Assembly (NCBI GenBank): GCA_036251765.1
Contig: JAZANL010000062.1
Span: 1 to 57,536, forward strand
DNA from: Thermoplasmatota archaeon
GTDB lineage: Archaea > Thermoplasmatota > Poseidoniia > Poseidoniales > Thalassarchaeaceae
DNA: 57,536 nt
Reading direction: 5' to 3'
The position numbers were made by a program, and so were the translations under genes. Shown one piece after another: positions 45,078 to 54,220 of the stretch; position 1 is the stretch's first letter, and every line of letters begins with the position of its first letter. The notes beneath the pieces were generated by a model. It saw only the letters and a program-made list of their open reading frames with translations. It did not search any database and was not told where the DNA came from.

Positions 45078-46414
45078 GAACCGCCTTCCTTGCTAACTAG
45101 TTCCGCCTTGGGCCTCCCAAGATGCTCTGCAACCAAATTCTGGAATCTGTCGAACAATGGCGAGGCGTCATGGGGTCCCGGGCAAGCCTCTGGATGGAAT
45201 TGTATGGTAAATGCGGGTTTGTCCAATAAGTCGAGCCCCTCAACCGTACCATCGTTAGAGTTGACATGCCTGACCCTGAACTCAGCCCCAAGTACATTGT
45301 CGCTAGTTTCGGAGCGGGCACCACTAGGATGGGGAGCAAGCATACCCTGAACCGGATCCTCAACCGCGAATCCATGATTCTGACTTGTGATGTGGACCCT
45401 GCCTGTCTCCAAGTCCATGACTGGCTGATTGGAGCCTCTGTGGCCGTATCGCAGCTTGTATGTCCTTAGTCCGGCTGCGAGGCCCATCAGCTGATGCCCG
45501 AGGCATATTCCCATTACTGGCATCCCCTGTCGAACTGCGGCTGCTAATGTCCTCCTAGCGTCAGTTGCAGCCCCGGGGTGTGCTGGATCTCCAGGGCCAT
45601 TGGAGGCGAATAGCGCATCAGGGGACCAGTCGCGGGAAATCTCCTCGAGAGGCATGTCGGCGGGGCACCAGACAACCTCGAACCTAGTACAGAGTTCCCT
45701 CAGAATATTGTGCTTGACACCACAATCTAGGGCCGCGAGGCGAGGCAGGGCGTTTCCTTCTTCATCCTGGGCTCCCGGGTTCAGAAGAGTAGGGGCCTTA
45801 CAGGTTACTTGGGCGACCAAATCATCCGCATCAGGAGGAGTGAGCTCATCAAGAATTACTTCCATTTCCTCGATTCTTTCCGCGGGACCGAAAACGCAGA
45901 GGAGGGTGCCGTGCTCTCGGACCCTACGAGTCAGTGCCCTTGTATCGATACCTTCGATCCCGGGGATGTTGTGAGCCACCAACAGGTCGTGCACGCTTCC
46001 CACCGAGTCACGGTGGTCAGGGAATGACATGTGTTGCCTGCAAACGACTCCTCTGGGATGGACCGAAGAAGACTCCGAAATTCCCGGGTGGACACCGTAA
46101 TTTCCCAAAAGAGGATATGTGAAAGTTAGGACTTGGCCGGCGAAGGATGGGTCGGTAAGGCTCTCTTGATATCCACACATCCCAGTAGTGAAAACCAACT
46201 CACCCTCTGCAATTTCCTCCGAGCCGAAAAGTCGCCCTTCGAACCTTGTTCCATCAGCAAGAAGAAGCACGCCACGGGCCCCGCTAGGCTGCTCCGAGGA
46301 TTCAGAATCGATGAGCAAATCGGCTGCATCTGGGAAGGTTGGTGGGGAGTCGACGCCACGAATACCAGCGCCGGGGCAGAAGCCCCCGTCTGCTGGACTC
46401 TCCGACATCAGCAA
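45074..46414 (-). CDS. carA: Carbamoyl-phosphate synthase small (glutaminase) subunit, with about 48-aa N-terminal extension
   Basis: LLLADGTRFEGRLFG, TTGMCGYQESLTDPSFAGQ, catalytic GICLGHQL, and HGFAV/QFHPEA. It overlaps the carB start by 4 nt. Confidence 0.92.
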   Translation of the reverse strand: MLMSESPADGGFCPGAGIRGVDSPPTFPDAADLLIDSESSEQPSGARGVLLLADGTRFEGRLFGSEEIAEGELVFTTGMCGYQESLTDPSFAGQVLTFTYPLLGNYGVHPGISESSSVHPRGVVCRQHMSFPDHRDSVGSVHDLLVAHNIPGIEGIDTRALTRRVREHGTLLCVFGPAERIEEMEVILDELTPPDADDLVAQVTCKAPTLLNPGAQDEEGNALPRLAALDCGVKHNILRELCTRFEVVWCPADMPLEEISRDWSPDALFASNGPGDPAHPGAATDARRTLAAAVRQGMPVMGICLGHQLMGLAAGLRTYKLRYGHRGSNQPVMDLETGRVHITSQNHGFAVEDPVQGMLAPHPSGARSETSDNVLGAEFRVRHVNSNDGTVEGLDLLDKPAFTIQFHPEACPGPHDASPLFDRFQNLVAEHLGRPKAELVSKEGGS

Positions 46415-46474
46415 CGCTGCCCAAGTACGATTCTTAATGGTTGACAGGGAAAATGGAATTCCAATATCTCAAAT

Positions 46475-47029
46475 TCACTCTTCATCATCGTTGATTACGA
46501 CCTTTCCCTTGGCCGATGGTATCACTTTCATCCTAGCGCCCGAGAACTTGGATTCGTTGTCTACGGGACCTAGCCAGGAGTTCAGAAATACCGCAAGAGC
46601 AGCCACTTCAGAGTGAGGCTGATTCCCAACAGACACATTGTGATCAGCCAAGTGGAATACCTCAGACGGAACCTTTGTACCGCCGACCACTACCAAAGCA
46701 GGCTTCTCCAACGAAATGCTTGGAATGGCCTCCTCCCACAAACTACCATACATCGTTAGATGCACTATTGTCACCTCTCCAGATTTGGATTGGCCCCTCA
46801 GGAAAGACATGGGGCTCTCTTCAAACCTACTCGTGAAGTCACCTCCGAATCGTTCTGTAACCGAATCCCAAGTCTCCAGTGCAGACGGATCCCTGTCTCC
46901 GGCTAGAATAACCTCGTCGGCCCCGAATGCCCTAGCTGTAAGTCCGAGGTGAGATGTGATCCTCTTGTCCCTATCACGTCGATGTCCGAGGCGAAGCACT
47001 GAGAGATGAGGTGGCATCCCGGCAGTCAT
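46475..47029 (-). CDS. trm56: tRNA (cytidine56-2'-O)-methyltransferase aTrm56 (SPOUT)
   Basis: VLRLGHRRDRDKRITSHLGLTARAFGADEVIL, VHLTMYG, VVGGTKVPSEVFHLADHNVSVGNQPHSEVAALAVFL. This is near-diagnostic for aTrm56. Confidence 0.9.
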   Translation of the reverse strand: MTAGMPPHLSVLRLGHRRDRDKRITSHLGLTARAFGADEVILAGDRDPSALETWDSVTERFGGDFTSRFEESPMSFLRGQSKSGEVTIVHLTMYGSLWEEAIPSISLEKPALVVVGGTKVPSEVFHLADHNVSVGNQPHSEVAALAVFLNSWLGPVDNESKFSGARMKVIPSAKGKVVINDDEE

Positions 47030-47032
47030 GAC

Positions 47033-47680
47033 TCATGCGTAAGGGGGTGACTCATCAGCATGACCCTCCATGGCATCTGTTCCAGAGGATGGGAAAACGT
47101 CCACGCCCATGTTCAGCATGCTTGCCCTCACCCACTGAAGAAGGAGCGCGTCAAACATCATGTGTGAAGCGAAGCCAACCATCACTGCAAGAACAAGGAC
47201 CCTGCCAGTAGCGAATAGCGCATCCCCCTCTAGCTCGCCCCAATTCATCATCGCTGGTTCGACAATGTAGAACGCAGCTAGTACACCCAAGCCTCCTCCG
47301 ATCTGTGACATTGTGGCATTTCCCCTCTCCCTTCCTATTCCAGTGAAGAGTATGGCTGCTATGACTAGAGCCGGGATAACCATGCTGACTGTTTCGAAGT
47401 CCAATGACCCCAGAGTCGAGGGTGGAATTAGCGAGTCATTGACTTGCTCTGAGCCTTTGCTAATTGTGATCCACCACCATAGTGCGCTTGAGAGGAAAAG
47501 GGCCCCAGAGGTCCTTCCTCGCTCAGTAATCATGTCCCTGACGTGGTGAGCATCTCGAGGCTTTAGCCTCTGAACTATGGAGTCTAGGATGAACAGAGTC
47601 TCAGGGTCGTGAGATTCGCCTGAGTCTTGAGCAATTTGTGGCTCTGAGGCCTCTAGGGAAGCATCCTCGCCCAGAACCAT
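47033..47680 (-). CDS. Hypothetical membrane protein (about 5 TM)
   Basis: 215-aa ORF. Acidic N-terminus followed by hydrophobic segments (ALFLSSALWWWITI, VIPALVIAAILFTGIG, GGLGVLAAFYIV, VLVLAVMVGFASHMMF). Confidence 0.6.
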   Translation of the reverse strand: MVLGEDASLEASEPQIAQDSGESHDPETLFILDSIVQRLKPRDAHHVRDMITERGRTSGALFLSSALWWWITISKGSEQVNDSLIPPSTLGSLDFETVSMVIPALVIAAILFTGIGRERGNATMSQIGGGLGVLAAFYIVEPAMMNWGELEGDALFATGRVLVLAVMVGFASHMMFDALLLQWVRASMLNMGVDVFPSSGTDAMEGHADESPPYA

Positions 47681-47702
47681 CGCCCGATTGCCCCTCCGTC
47701 AC

Positions 47703-47711
47703 ATCATAAAG
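47703..47711. promoter_or_regulatory. TATA-like element ATCATAAAG at the exact centre of a 54-bp divergent intergenic region
   Basis: Its centre (about 47707) is 27 nt from the minus-strand ATG (47680) and 28 nt from the folP ATG (47735). That spacing is the usual archaeal TATA-to-start distance for leaderless mRNAs. Confidence 0.4.
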
Positions 47712-47734
47712 CAATCGTCGTTTGCGAGTCTCAT

Positions 47735-48568
47735 ATGGCCGACTGGCGACCTATGCTAAAACGCCGGGACGACGGGTTTCCAAGGATTATGGGGGTCGTC
47801 AACGTCACCCCTGACTCATTTTTCTCCCAATCCAGGTCAGAGGACACAGGTCATGCAATTGGCGTCGCGACCAGAATGGCAGCAGAAGGTGCTGATTGGA
47901 TCGACATAGGGGGAGAGTCGACTAGGCCAGGTGCTAAGTCAGTGACATTGGACGACGAGTTGGCGCGCGTCATCCCTGCTATAGAGGGGATCAGGTCCGA
48001 GCTTCCAGAAATCTGCATTTCTGTGGATACCAGAAGAGCCGAGGTTGCACGTCAGGCACTGGAATTGGGTGCTAACATGGTGAATGACGTCTCGGCCCTG
48101 GGGGATCATGGGATGATTGACGTATTAGTCGAGTTCGAGTGTCCCGTATGCGTCATGCACATGCAGGGTCTGCCTGAGAACATGCAGAACAATCCGAAGT
48201 ATGGAGATGTGGTGAGTGAAGTGAGGTCTTACCTAGCCACAGCCACAGGTAGGCTAGTCGAAGCCGGCATAGACCCATCGCACATAGTTGCTGACCCGGG
48301 TATAGGATTTGGGAAAACTCTGGAGCATAACCTAGCACTCCTCTCTTCTGGGAGGGAGATTGTACCCGAGGAGCAAATGAGGCTGATGTGGGGAGTCAGT
48401 AGGAAGAGCATGTTCAGAGATCTTCTTGGCAGGGAAAGTAGCGGAGATAGGCTTGCCGGAACCCTTGGAGTAGCTGCTGTTTCCATGAAAAAAGAGGTCG
48501 ACATCATCAGAGTGCATGATGTTGCCGAACATTCGGATGTTTTCTCTTCAATCAAAGCGGTGAGATGA
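47735..48568 (+). CDS. folP: Dihydropteroate synthase
   Basis: IMGVVNVTPDSFF, GADWIDIGGESTRPGA, ISVDT, MVNDVS, DPGIGFGKT. Confidence 0.92.
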   Translation: MADWRPMLKRRDDGFPRIMGVVNVTPDSFFSQSRSEDTGHAIGVATRMAAEGADWIDIGGESTRPGAKSVTLDDELARVIPAIEGIRSELPEICISVDTRRAEVARQALELGANMVNDVSALGDHGMIDVLVEFECPVCVMHMQGLPENMQNNPKYGDVVSEVRSYLATATGRLVEAGIDPSHIVADPGIGFGKTLEHNLALLSSGREIVPEEQMRLMWGVSRKSMFRDLLGRESSGDRLAGTLGVAAVSMKKEVDIIRVHDVAEHSDVFSSIKAVR

Positions 48569-48572
48569 AAAG

Positions 48573-49739
48573 ATGTCAAGTGAAAGCAACAACATAATCG
48601 ACATCGATGGCAGCCTGAGAATATTGGGGACTGCCCATGTCAGTAGTGAATCGGTGCACCTAGTTACGAGTCAGATCGAAGAATGGGGTCCAGACTTGGT
48701 TGCAGTTGAGCTGTGTCCATCGAGAATGGACGCATTGAAGAAACCAGACTCGCTAGAATCTGAGGACCTTCTGAAGATTATCAAAGAGGGCAGGTCGGGA
48801 ATGATTCTCCTGCAATCTGCACTTGCTGCGCAACAGAGGAGGATGGGGGTGTCATCGGGAGAGAAGCCCGGGGCAGAGTTACTTGCGGCGGTGGAAGCGG
48901 CAGAGGAGTCCGGAGTCCCCGTGGAAATGATCGACAGGGATGTTTTAATCACCTTGAGGAGGGCTTGGAGGAAGATGGGTTTTATCGAGAAATGGAGGAT
49001 TCTGAACACCTTGCTTTGGGAAGAGGACGACGACGATATTTCAATTGACGAGGTGCTAGGAGACTCAGACCTTCTCAGCAGCATGATGGAGGAAGCAAGG
49101 GAGATTGCCCCTGCAGCAGGAGAAGTTCTGATTGACGAACGCGACTCTTTCCTTGCCGGAAGGATTCAGCAGATCCGAGGGAAGGGAAAGGTTCTGGCGG
49201 TAATCGGTGCCGGACACCTCAACGGTGTTGCTCACAATTTGGGAGAGCCTGCAATCGAAACGACATCTAGGTTGGCCGAGCTTAGCAAGGAGCCCCCCAA
49301 GGCAATCTGGCCGAGGGTGCTGATGGCAGCAATTCCAATCTTCCTTCTTGGGGCGGTTGCATGGATGGTTGTGAATGGAGAGTTGGAAGCACTGAAGCAG
49401 ACTGCGCAGACTTGGCTGATATTGAACGCGGCGCTGGCGGGGGCAGGAGTCCTAATTGCTAGGGGCCACCCTCTCTCGATTCTTGTGGGGGCAATAGCAT
49501 CCCCAATCACCTCCCTAAATCCAACTCTGGCAGCTGGGTGGTTCGCAGGATATACGCAGCTAAAGGTGGCTTCACCCACTGGCAAGGATGCACAGGACTT
49601 CCTGGTCCTTGACGAGGTTTCCCTATTCTGGAAGAATCGCGTAGGGAGGGTCCTATTGGTCACGATGATGGGGAATATTGGTTCTATGGCGGGTGCCTGG
49701 CTTGCTGGAGGAGCCATCCTGAAAATTCTCCTAGGTTGA
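48573..49739 (+). CDS. TraB/PrgY-family protein with C-terminal membrane domain
   Basis: ILGTAHVSSESVHLVTSQIEEWGPDLVAVELCPSR, AVIGAGHLNGV, then 4-5 TM segments. Confidence 0.8.
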   Translation: MSSESNNIIDIDGSLRILGTAHVSSESVHLVTSQIEEWGPDLVAVELCPSRMDALKKPDSLESEDLLKIIKEGRSGMILLQSALAAQQRRMGVSSGEKPGAELLAAVEAAEESGVPVEMIDRDVLITLRRAWRKMGFIEKWRILNTLLWEEDDDDISIDEVLGDSDLLSSMMEEAREIAPAAGEVLIDERDSFLAGRIQQIRGKGKVLAVIGAGHLNGVAHNLGEPAIETTSRLAELSKEPPKAIWPRVLMAAIPIFLLGAVAWMVVNGELEALKQTAQTWLILNAALAGAGVLIARGHPLSILVGAIASPITSLNPTLAAGWFAGYTQLKVASPTGKDAQDFLVLDEVSLFWKNRVGRVLLVTMMGNIGSMAGAWLAGGAILKILLG

Positions 49740-51190
49740 CACAGAACCATTTTGCGTCGATGCTTCGTCGCAGTCATGTGACGAACTACGGATTCGTGAT
49801 TAACAACAAGACTTGCATTGGGTGCCATGCTTGCACGGTAGCCTGCAAGTCGGAGCACGACGTTCCAATAGGGGTCAACAGGACCCATGTCAAGTACATC
49901 GAAACGGGGACATATCCAGATTCTACTAGAGAGTTCAGCGTCCATCGATGCAATCATTGCGAGGATTCCCCGTGTACGACTATCTGCCCAACTACGGCGC
50001 TTTTCACGAGGTCTGATGGGATAGTGGATTTCGATGATGAGAGGTGCATAGGGTGCAAGTCATGCATGCAGGCCTGCCCCTATGATGCACTGTACATCGA
50101 CCCCAACAAGGGTACTGCAGCTAAGTGCAACTACTGCGCACACAGAATTGAGCACTCATACGAACCTGCATGCGTAATCGTATGTCCGACAGAATCCATA
50201 GTCTCAGGAGACTTGGACGACCCAAATTCTGCGATTTCCAACCTTGTGGCCTCCCATGAGACGACTGTAAGGAAGCCACAATCGGGGGCTAAACCAAACC
50301 TGTACTACATCGATGCTAGCGAAGAGATGCTGGATCCGAACGCAACGGAGGTGACTGGTTCGGGGATGTGGACCGAGCAGGCATTCGGCGTGGGGCACTT
50401 CGCTAAGTACGCGGACAGCAGGTTAGAGGGAGCGGATACCACTTCAATGATCGTTCAACTCGCTCTTGAAAAGAAGGCGAAGAAGTCATCACCACGGGAC
50501 CAGGCAATCATCAGGGACGTGATGGACAGACTTTCGGAAGAGTCGGTTGGGGCGAAGAGAAGTTACGACCAGCCCAGCAAAGGAATCCTGTGGGGGTGGG
50601 AGGTTTCTGCTTACATCTGGACCAAGGGGATTTCAGCGGGAACCTACGTAGTAGCCGTCCTAGCTATGCTGTCTGGACTGGTGGAAATGGATGATTCCCT
50701 GTGGGCGATGACCCTCGGCATCGGAATCGTTTTCCTAGCCATCACTGGACTACTACTAGTCATCGACCTGGACAGGCCAGAGAGATTCCTCTACGTAATG
50801 CTGAGGCCCAATTGGGACTCTTGGTTGGTAAAAGGTGCATACATACTGTCCTGTTATGGTGGCATCCTGGCACTAAGCACTGGAGTCATAATACTGGACC
50901 TTGATCGGGCCATTCTCACGTACCTTGCAATTGCAGGTGTGCCTCTGGCTTTGCTAACTGGGATGTACACAGCTTGGTTGCTTATGCAGGCCAAGGGCAG
51001 ATCTTGGTCAGAAGATTCCCTTCTGCCAGCTAAATTCCTCATTGAGACTTTGGCAATAGGGGCTGCAGTCTTCCTCCCCATCTCATTGATGGAACCTATC
51101 GTCTTCCTAATTGGGGGGGTGGTGCTCCTTGGAATCCTAGCCCATGACAATAAATTGGTCATGAAACCACAAATGGAGCCATTGTTGTGA
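49736..51190 (+). CDS. Fusion of a 4x[4Fe-4S] ferredoxin subunit (PsrB/DmsB-like) to an NrfD/PsrC-like membrane anchor (about 6 TM)
   Basis: Cys groups CIGCHACTVAC, CNHCEDSPCTTICP, CIGCKSCMQACP, CNYCAHR...CVIVCP. This is followed by the NrfD hallmark DLDRPERFLYVMLRPNWDSWLVKGAY and six hydrophobic helices. The TTG start overlaps the TraB stop. Confidence 0.8.
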   Translation: MTQNHFASMLRRSHVTNYGFVINNKTCIGCHACTVACKSEHDVPIGVNRTHVKYIETGTYPDSTREFSVHRCNHCEDSPCTTICPTTALFTRSDGIVDFDDERCIGCKSCMQACPYDALYIDPNKGTAAKCNYCAHRIEHSYEPACVIVCPTESIVSGDLDDPNSAISNLVASHETTVRKPQSGAKPNLYYIDASEEMLDPNATEVTGSGMWTEQAFGVGHFAKYADSRLEGADTTSMIVQLALEKKAKKSSPRDQAIIRDVMDRLSEESVGAKRSYDQPSKGILWGWEVSAYIWTKGISAGTYVVAVLAMLSGLVEMDDSLWAMTLGIGIVFLAITGLLLVIDLDRPERFLYVMLRPNWDSWLVKGAYILSCYGGILALSTGVIILDLDRAILTYLAIAGVPLALLTGMYTAWLLMQAKGRSWSEDSLLPAKFLIETLAIGAAVFLPISLMEPIVFLIGGVVLLGILAHDNKLVMKPQMEPLL

Positions 51191-51199
51191 GGTGATTGA

Positions 51200-53926
51200 T
51201 TGGGTAGGACATTCATCGAAAACGTGGCGCAGAGACTCCGGATCATTCCCAACCTGGACAGGCCTAATGCCGAAGGAGCAAGTGGGGGCTTGAAGCACTT
51301 CCCTGAACCGGAGGATTGGCATGACCACGTAGAGCTTGATGCGAATGAGTGGCCTAAGATGGTCGAAAAGAGGTACTCCCTGGTGCCGACGACATGCTTC
51401 AACTGCGAGTCCGCCTGTGGACTCCTGGCCTATGTTGACAAGGACTCTGGGCAGGTAACGAAGTTCGAGGGAAACCCACACCACCCCGGGAGCAGGGGGA
51501 GGAACTGCGCGAAGGGCCCTGCGACCATTAATCAGATCAATGACACGGAGAGGATACTCCATCCGATGAGAAGGGTTGGTCCAAGAGGAGAAGGTGGTTG
51601 GGAGCAGATTTCCTGGGACCAAGCATTGGACGAGATTTCGTCCAAGATTCGAGAGTCTCTGAAGACGGGGGCAAAGGACAGGGTCGTGTATCACGTCGGG
51701 CGTCCTGGTCACGAAGGGTACACTAACAGGGTTCTGAAGGCATGGGGGGTTGATGGTCACAACAGCCACACCAACATCTGTTCCGCTGGTGCTAGAACCG
51801 GGTATGCTCTATGGCATCGCCACGATAGGCCATCACCTGATCATGCGAACGCCAAAGTAATCCTCCTGACATCCTCGCATTTGGAGACTGGGCACTACTT
51901 CAACCCTCATGCACAGAGGATTCTGGAAGGAATGATGGATGGAGCCAAGCTCATAGTGATCGACCCTAGGCTATCCAACACAGCAGCAATGGCTGACCAT
52001 TGGCTTCCGACGTGGCCGGGTTCAGAATCTGCCCTATTCCTGACCTGGGCCAATATGATACTCGAGAGAGGCCTGTACGACAGGGACTTCGTAGAGAAAT
52101 GGGTCAACTGGGAGGAGTGGTTGGAGGCGGACTACCCCGAAGAGCCCAGAGAGTTCGAACGTTTCATCGAACTTCTGATGGAAGAGTATTCTCAGTACAC
52201 CCCGGAGTTCGCTGCTAGCGAATGTAGGATTCCAGTTGAGCAGGTAATAGAGGTCGGGGAGATTGTGGCGAACGCTGGAAGCCGTCTGGCTACCCACGTT
52301 TGGAGGGCTGCCGCGATAGGCAATCTAGGCGGGTGGCAAGTGAGCAGGACGCTCCATCTGCTGAACGTCCTAACAGGTAGCGTGGGGACCGAGGGTGGGA
52401 CTTCCCCCAACTCGTGGTCCAAGTACAAGCCTGACCTCTTTGACGTCCCCCCTGATCCGGATGGATGGAACGAGTTGCACTTCCCGCCAGAATACACCAT
52501 GTCGCACTACGAGATGAGTCACATCCTACCTCACCTAGTCAAGGACGGAAGAGGGGAGATGGACGTTTACTTCACCAGAGTATTCAACCCGGTTTGGACA
52601 TATCCAGATGGTTTCTCCTGGATCGAGATGCTGCAAAACGAGGATTCTGTTGGATGCCACGTTGCTCTAACCCCTACTTGGAACGAGACTGCGTTCTTCG
52701 CAGACTACGTCCTCCCAATGGGTCACGCCTCAGAGAGGCATGACGTCAACTCATACGCAACCAGTTCTGGCAAATGGGTCGCTTTCAGACAACCTGTCCT
52801 GAGGGAGTATGCCCGCAGAGAGGGACATGAAGTAGAGTTCACTCACGAGGTCAATCCCGGCGAGGTATGGGAAGAGGATGAGTTCTGGAATGAGCTCTCG
52901 TGGAGGATAGACGATGGAACCATGGGAATTAGGGAGCACTTCATGAGCCCTTATCGAGAGGGCGAGAGGATCACCATCGACGAGTACTACCAGTACATGT
53001 TCGAGAGGGTTCCGGGACTTCCCGAAGCTGCAGAGGCCGAAGGTACTGATCCGCTTGGTTACATGCGGAAGCATGGAGCCTTCCTTATTGAGGAGGCTAC
53101 CTACAACAAGCACGAGGAAGATGGGTGGCCAACCCCGAGCGGAAAGCAGGAGATTTACTCTAACAGCATGGCGGAGTTCGGATATCCTGAGCACTCCATC
53201 CCTCATTACAGGGTAATGAGCCACGTGCATCCTGACAACCTACAGGGCGAGGACGAGTACTGCCTGCTGCCGAACTTCCGACTGCCTCAGCACATCCACT
53301 CCAGGTCGGCCAATGCCAAATGGCTTGCAGAGATAGCCCATCGGAATCCCCTCTGGGTGCATCCGCAAGATGCTGCCAAGTTAGGGGTCGGCGAAGGGGA
53401 CTTACTCAAGGTAGAGACCGAGATAGGCTGGTTCATCGACAAGGTCTGGGTTACTGAGGGCATCAAGCCCGGGATTATTGGGTGCTCCCACCACATTGGC
53501 AGATGGAGGAGGAAGCAAGACTCTGGGAACAGGTACATGACCAACGAGGTCGAGATAGAGGACCTAGGAGAAGGGAGGATGAGGATGAGGACTGTCTCAG
53601 GAGTCAGACCTTGGGAGTCTGACGACCCAGACACGAACAGGGTCTGGTGGAGGGATGGCGGGGTGCACCAGAACATCACCCATGCAGTTCAGCCTGATCC
53701 GATAAGCGGTGCTCACTGCTGGCTACAGAAAGTAAGGATCTCGAGGCCTGTTGAAGGTGAAAGGTACGGGGACGTCGAAGTCGACACCAACAAGTCGTTT
53801 GAGTACTACAAGAAGTGGAACGAAATGGCAAAGGAGAGGGAAGTCCACCCTCGTGGGGAGAGGAGGCCACTATGGATGAATCGTCCACTGCCACCTAGGA
53901 AGGAGCACTGGTTCATCGGAGAGTAG
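51200..53926 (+). CDS. Molybdopterin (bis-MGD) oxidoreductase catalytic subunit, no Tat signal
   Basis: N-terminal Fe-S motif CFNCESACGLLAYVDKDSGQVTKFEGNPHHPGSRGRNCAKG. 908 aa. TTG start with GAGGTGA upstream and an in-frame TGA immediately before it, so no hidden N-terminal extension. No RRxFLK motif. Confidence 0.85.
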   Translation: MGRTFIENVAQRLRIIPNLDRPNAEGASGGLKHFPEPEDWHDHVELDANEWPKMVEKRYSLVPTTCFNCESACGLLAYVDKDSGQVTKFEGNPHHPGSRGRNCAKGPATINQINDTERILHPMRRVGPRGEGGWEQISWDQALDEISSKIRESLKTGAKDRVVYHVGRPGHEGYTNRVLKAWGVDGHNSHTNICSAGARTGYALWHRHDRPSPDHANAKVILLTSSHLETGHYFNPHAQRILEGMMDGAKLIVIDPRLSNTAAMADHWLPTWPGSESALFLTWANMILERGLYDRDFVEKWVNWEEWLEADYPEEPREFERFIELLMEEYSQYTPEFAASECRIPVEQVIEVGEIVANAGSRLATHVWRAAAIGNLGGWQVSRTLHLLNVLTGSVGTEGGTSPNSWSKYKPDLFDVPPDPDGWNELHFPPEYTMSHYEMSHILPHLVKDGRGEMDVYFTRVFNPVWTYPDGFSWIEMLQNEDSVGCHVALTPTWNETAFFADYVLPMGHASERHDVNSYATSSGKWVAFRQPVLREYARREGHEVEFTHEVNPGEVWEEDEFWNELSWRIDDGTMGIREHFMSPYREGERITIDEYYQYMFERVPGLPEAAEAEGTDPLGYMRKHGAFLIEEATYNKHEEDGWPTPSGKQEIYSNSMAEFGYPEHSIPHYRVMSHVHPDNLQGEDEYCLLPNFRLPQHIHSRSANAKWLAEIAHRNPLWVHPQDAAKLGVGEGDLLKVETEIGWFIDKVWVTEGIKPGIIGCSHHIGRWRRKQDSGNRYMTNEVEIEDLGEGRMRMRTVSGVRPWESDDPDTNRVWWRDGGVHQNITHAVQPDPISGAHCWLQKVRISRPVEGERYGDVEVDTNKSFEYYKKWNEMAKEREVHPRGERRPLWMNRPLPPRKEHWFIGE

Positions 53927-53927
53927 T

Positions 53928-54173
53928 TCATACTGCAGGTTCGGAGACGCCCCACTCTATTGCTTCCCATGCCCTCTCGTGGACATAGTAGAAGCCCATC
54001 TTCAATGGGAACTCGATGACGATGAACCAACCCGCCGTCTCTATCTCTCCCGTGAGGAGTCCAGCTACCGCCGCACCCGTCAAAGTCGCAATTATTCTCC
54101 AAGCAAATGTCTTCGCAAGGACGCGTTCCCTAGTGTACATTCCCATCGCCATATCATCGCGCGGGCCTAGCAT
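53928..54173 (-). CDS. DUF2061-like small membrane protein (copy 1)
   Basis: RERVLAKTFAWRIIATLTGAAVAGLLTGEIETAGWFIVIEFPLKMGFYYVHERAWEAIEWG. Confidence 0.65.
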   Translation of the reverse strand: MLGPRDDMAMGMYTRERVLAKTFAWRIIATLTGAAVAGLLTGEIETAGWFIVIEFPLKMGFYYVHERAWEAIEWGVSEPAV

Positions 54174-54220
54174 TGGGCAATTAACCTAAGCGGTTGCTAG
54201 TTCGTCATCCACATGTTTTG

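Noticed and set aside
49232-49957. 241-aa minus-strand ORF, plus 50854-51402 and 51137-51769 on the minus strand
   Set aside because: They are antisense to the TraB, FeS-NrfD and Mo-subunit genes, which carry clear family motifs.
51200-53926. Selenocysteine (in-frame TGA) in the molybdopterin enzyme
   Set aside because: The ORF is continuous for 908 codons with no internal stop. There is no split ORF pair that would suggest Sec recoding.
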